In this document: piece after piece, positions 35,674 through 37,364 of the stretch | Layout: every line of letters starts with the position of its first letter | How positions within the stretch are numbered: position 1 is the first letter of the stretch | Assembly (NCBI GenBank): GCA_000934665.2 | Contig: JYFJ02003814.1 | Location: 1 to 37,364 of the forward strand | Direction of reading: 5' to 3' | DNA length: 37,364 nt | Source: Catajapyx aquilonaris | Lineage: Eukaryota | The notes under the pieces: generated by a model | The model's input: the letters and a program-made list of their open reading frames with translations, nothing else | Told to the model about the DNA's origin: nothing | Databases searched by the model: none | Made by a program: the position numbers and the translations under genes

Positions 35674-35806
35674 ACCTCAAAAATCGTACTTCTATAGAAC
35701 CTAAAATTGCCTATTAGCACCTATTTCCACCTTTTTGATGCCGTTGTGTAAGATTTTCGAGAGTTTTGCGGGTTTTCTGTTCAAGGCATCCGTCTGCTTC
35801 AACCTG
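35674..35806 (-). repeat. Dispersed repeat homologous to 11689-11852
   Basis: Reverse-complement alignment; begins CAGG on the minus strand. Confidence 0.6.
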
Positions 35807-36224
35807 TGAACGGCAAAGAAGTTGTAGGCATGCCAGATGAATTGACTGTAGAAGACATTTTAATTTTTAAGTATGATTCAGTTACTTCGTGTGACGTAGA
35901 AATGTCATTTTCAGCGCATAAATATGTATTGTCAGAGGCATCGCCTAATAACTGTGATTAACCAATGAAAATATAGTTTGTTACTGTGCTACAAAATTCC
36001 ATGGCCAAGAGTAGGCTGTAATGTTGCATAGGAAGGAAAATAAATGAGGACCTGCTTGAATTTTACTGCCTATTTATGAGCCTATTTTGACTGTTTTCAG
36101 GGCCTAAATGTGTATCATACAACCTTATTTTTGTGTATGGGCCGTCTTTATGAAGCTTCATTGATAATTATATTTGTTATGCTAATTGGCTGCTCTTTTA
36201 CTTTCAGGTGACAGCTTGAACAAA

Positions 36225-36470
36225 ATGGATGCTGAACTACTTCGAGAACGTGATCAGTTCAAGAAAAAAGCACTCTCTACTCCTGTGTAAGTCATCAAGA
36301 AGGACAATAAATTTTTTTGTTTTAACGCTTATTATATTATAATGGCGTCACTTTTTCAGGCTTGAGAATCGCAAGCGGAAAGAGCCAGAAGGAATTGCTG
36401 GGAGCTCCAAAAGTGAACCCAAGAAAAAGTCGAAGTTCACACCTTCCGCTCCTTCAATAGATTCTAAGAA
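36225..36470 (+). CDS. GTF2E2: General transcription factor IIE subunit 2 (TFIIE-beta), first two coding exons; gene continues beyond the window
   Basis: join(36225..36286,36360..36470) translates to MDAELLRERDQFKKKALSTPVLENRKRKEPEGIAGSSKSEPKKKSKF..., matching the conserved TFIIE-beta N-terminus (MDPxLLRERExFKKRALSTPVVEKR). An acceptor tttcag ends at 36207; donors are gtaagt (36287) and gtaggt (36471). Confidence 0.9.
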
Positions 36471-36512
36471 GTAGGTTGCTTTCTGACAATTTTAAGGTTT
36501 TCCCTTCTTATA

Positions 36513-37073
36513 CCGTATTACCTCTCATATTACGGCATGCCGGTGTAGGCGAGGTCGACCAGTTTTTAGAAATGCATGATCTGGTGGCTATACCGGCATG
36601 CCGGTATAAGGCGAGGTTTTCACATAAGTTACATTATCCTTTCTGAACTTGACATTTGCCTGAAAATCGAAATTCACGTAAAGGCTATCGAAAAGGCACA
36701 TTTTCCAATAGGTTACCCATACCGTATATTGTTTTTAATCATAGTGTTTGGCAATAATCTCTATTTAAACAGTATGTTAGAGCAGGGAGTTCCCCTGTCA
36801 AAGCAGGCTGACGATGGGATTGGTCATACACTCGGCATTTTTTAAATGCACTGTGCAGCAGAACTGACATGTTCTCACAGCCTGTACACTCACCCATTTT
36901 CATTGTAACATTATTTTAGTATGGTACCAGAAGCATTCCAAAACATTTGGCAAGGATCAAAATTATGGAAATCTACCTTGGTTATTGTTGCATGCCTGCC
37001 ACCCCCGGGTTATACCGGCATGCTGGTCGACCTCGTTTTATACCGGCGTGCCGCAATATGAGAAGTAATACGG
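36513..37073. mobile_element. pogo/Tigger-type MITE in a GTF2E2 intron
   Basis: TA|CCGTATTACCTCTCATATTACGGCATGCCGG ... CCGGCGTGCCGCAATATGAGAAGTAATACGG|TA. Confidence 0.85.
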
Positions 37074-37364
37074 TAGTTGGATCTTATTCACATATTGTTT
37101 GCATTTTCAGGATAAGCGAAACTTGCCTTGATTGAATGAAGCCTATAATAACGAAAATGCAGAACGCACATGCATGATATTGGTATTCGCAGAAAGATTA
37201 GGCAAATCTGAACCCACACCTGGTGGTTCGACACTCATCGCTCAAGCAGAGCCTTATCCTCCTGAGACCTGGTGTCGACATATGTCGACATCAGCAAAAG
37301 ATTTTTTTGGCGCCAACCAGTGATGCCAACAGAACTGTAATAGGCTGGTATCCCATGGTTACAA

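Noticed and set aside
37111..37135. Candidate next GTF2E2 exon after tttcag
   Set aside because: The required frame hits TGA within eight codons and shows no TFIIE-beta similarity.

Overview
Eukaryotic invertebrate (arthropod-like) nuclear DNA, densely packed with transposon debris. There are two protein-coding genes, transcribed divergently from a shared housekeeping-type promoter at about 30.3-31.0 kb. (1) A complete 14-exon minus-strand gene (14388-30257, 729 aa by my splice model) encodes an M3-family oligopeptidase A homologue with a mitochondrial-type presequence. Its HExxH zinc motif reads RKFGQ and the third zinc ligand is also lost, so it looks like an intact but catalytically dead pseudopeptidase. 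(2) The first coding exons of TFIIE-beta (GTF2E2) lie on the plus strand from 36225. Two identical tRNA-Asp(GTC) genes sit in inverted orientation with related flanks. Most remaining sequence is mobile DNA: a Ginger2-type DNA transposon carrying two nested elements, hAT, piggyBac, Tc1/mariner/pogo and Harbinger-type MITEs (several forming long hairpins in introns), a mariner fold-back derivative, at least four tRNA-derived SINE families, and an isolated RTE-type 5' UTR with a possible self-cleaving ribozyme fold. Most ORFs in the supplied track are spurious. Coordinates were counted by hand and family assignments come from memory of consensus motifs, not from searches.
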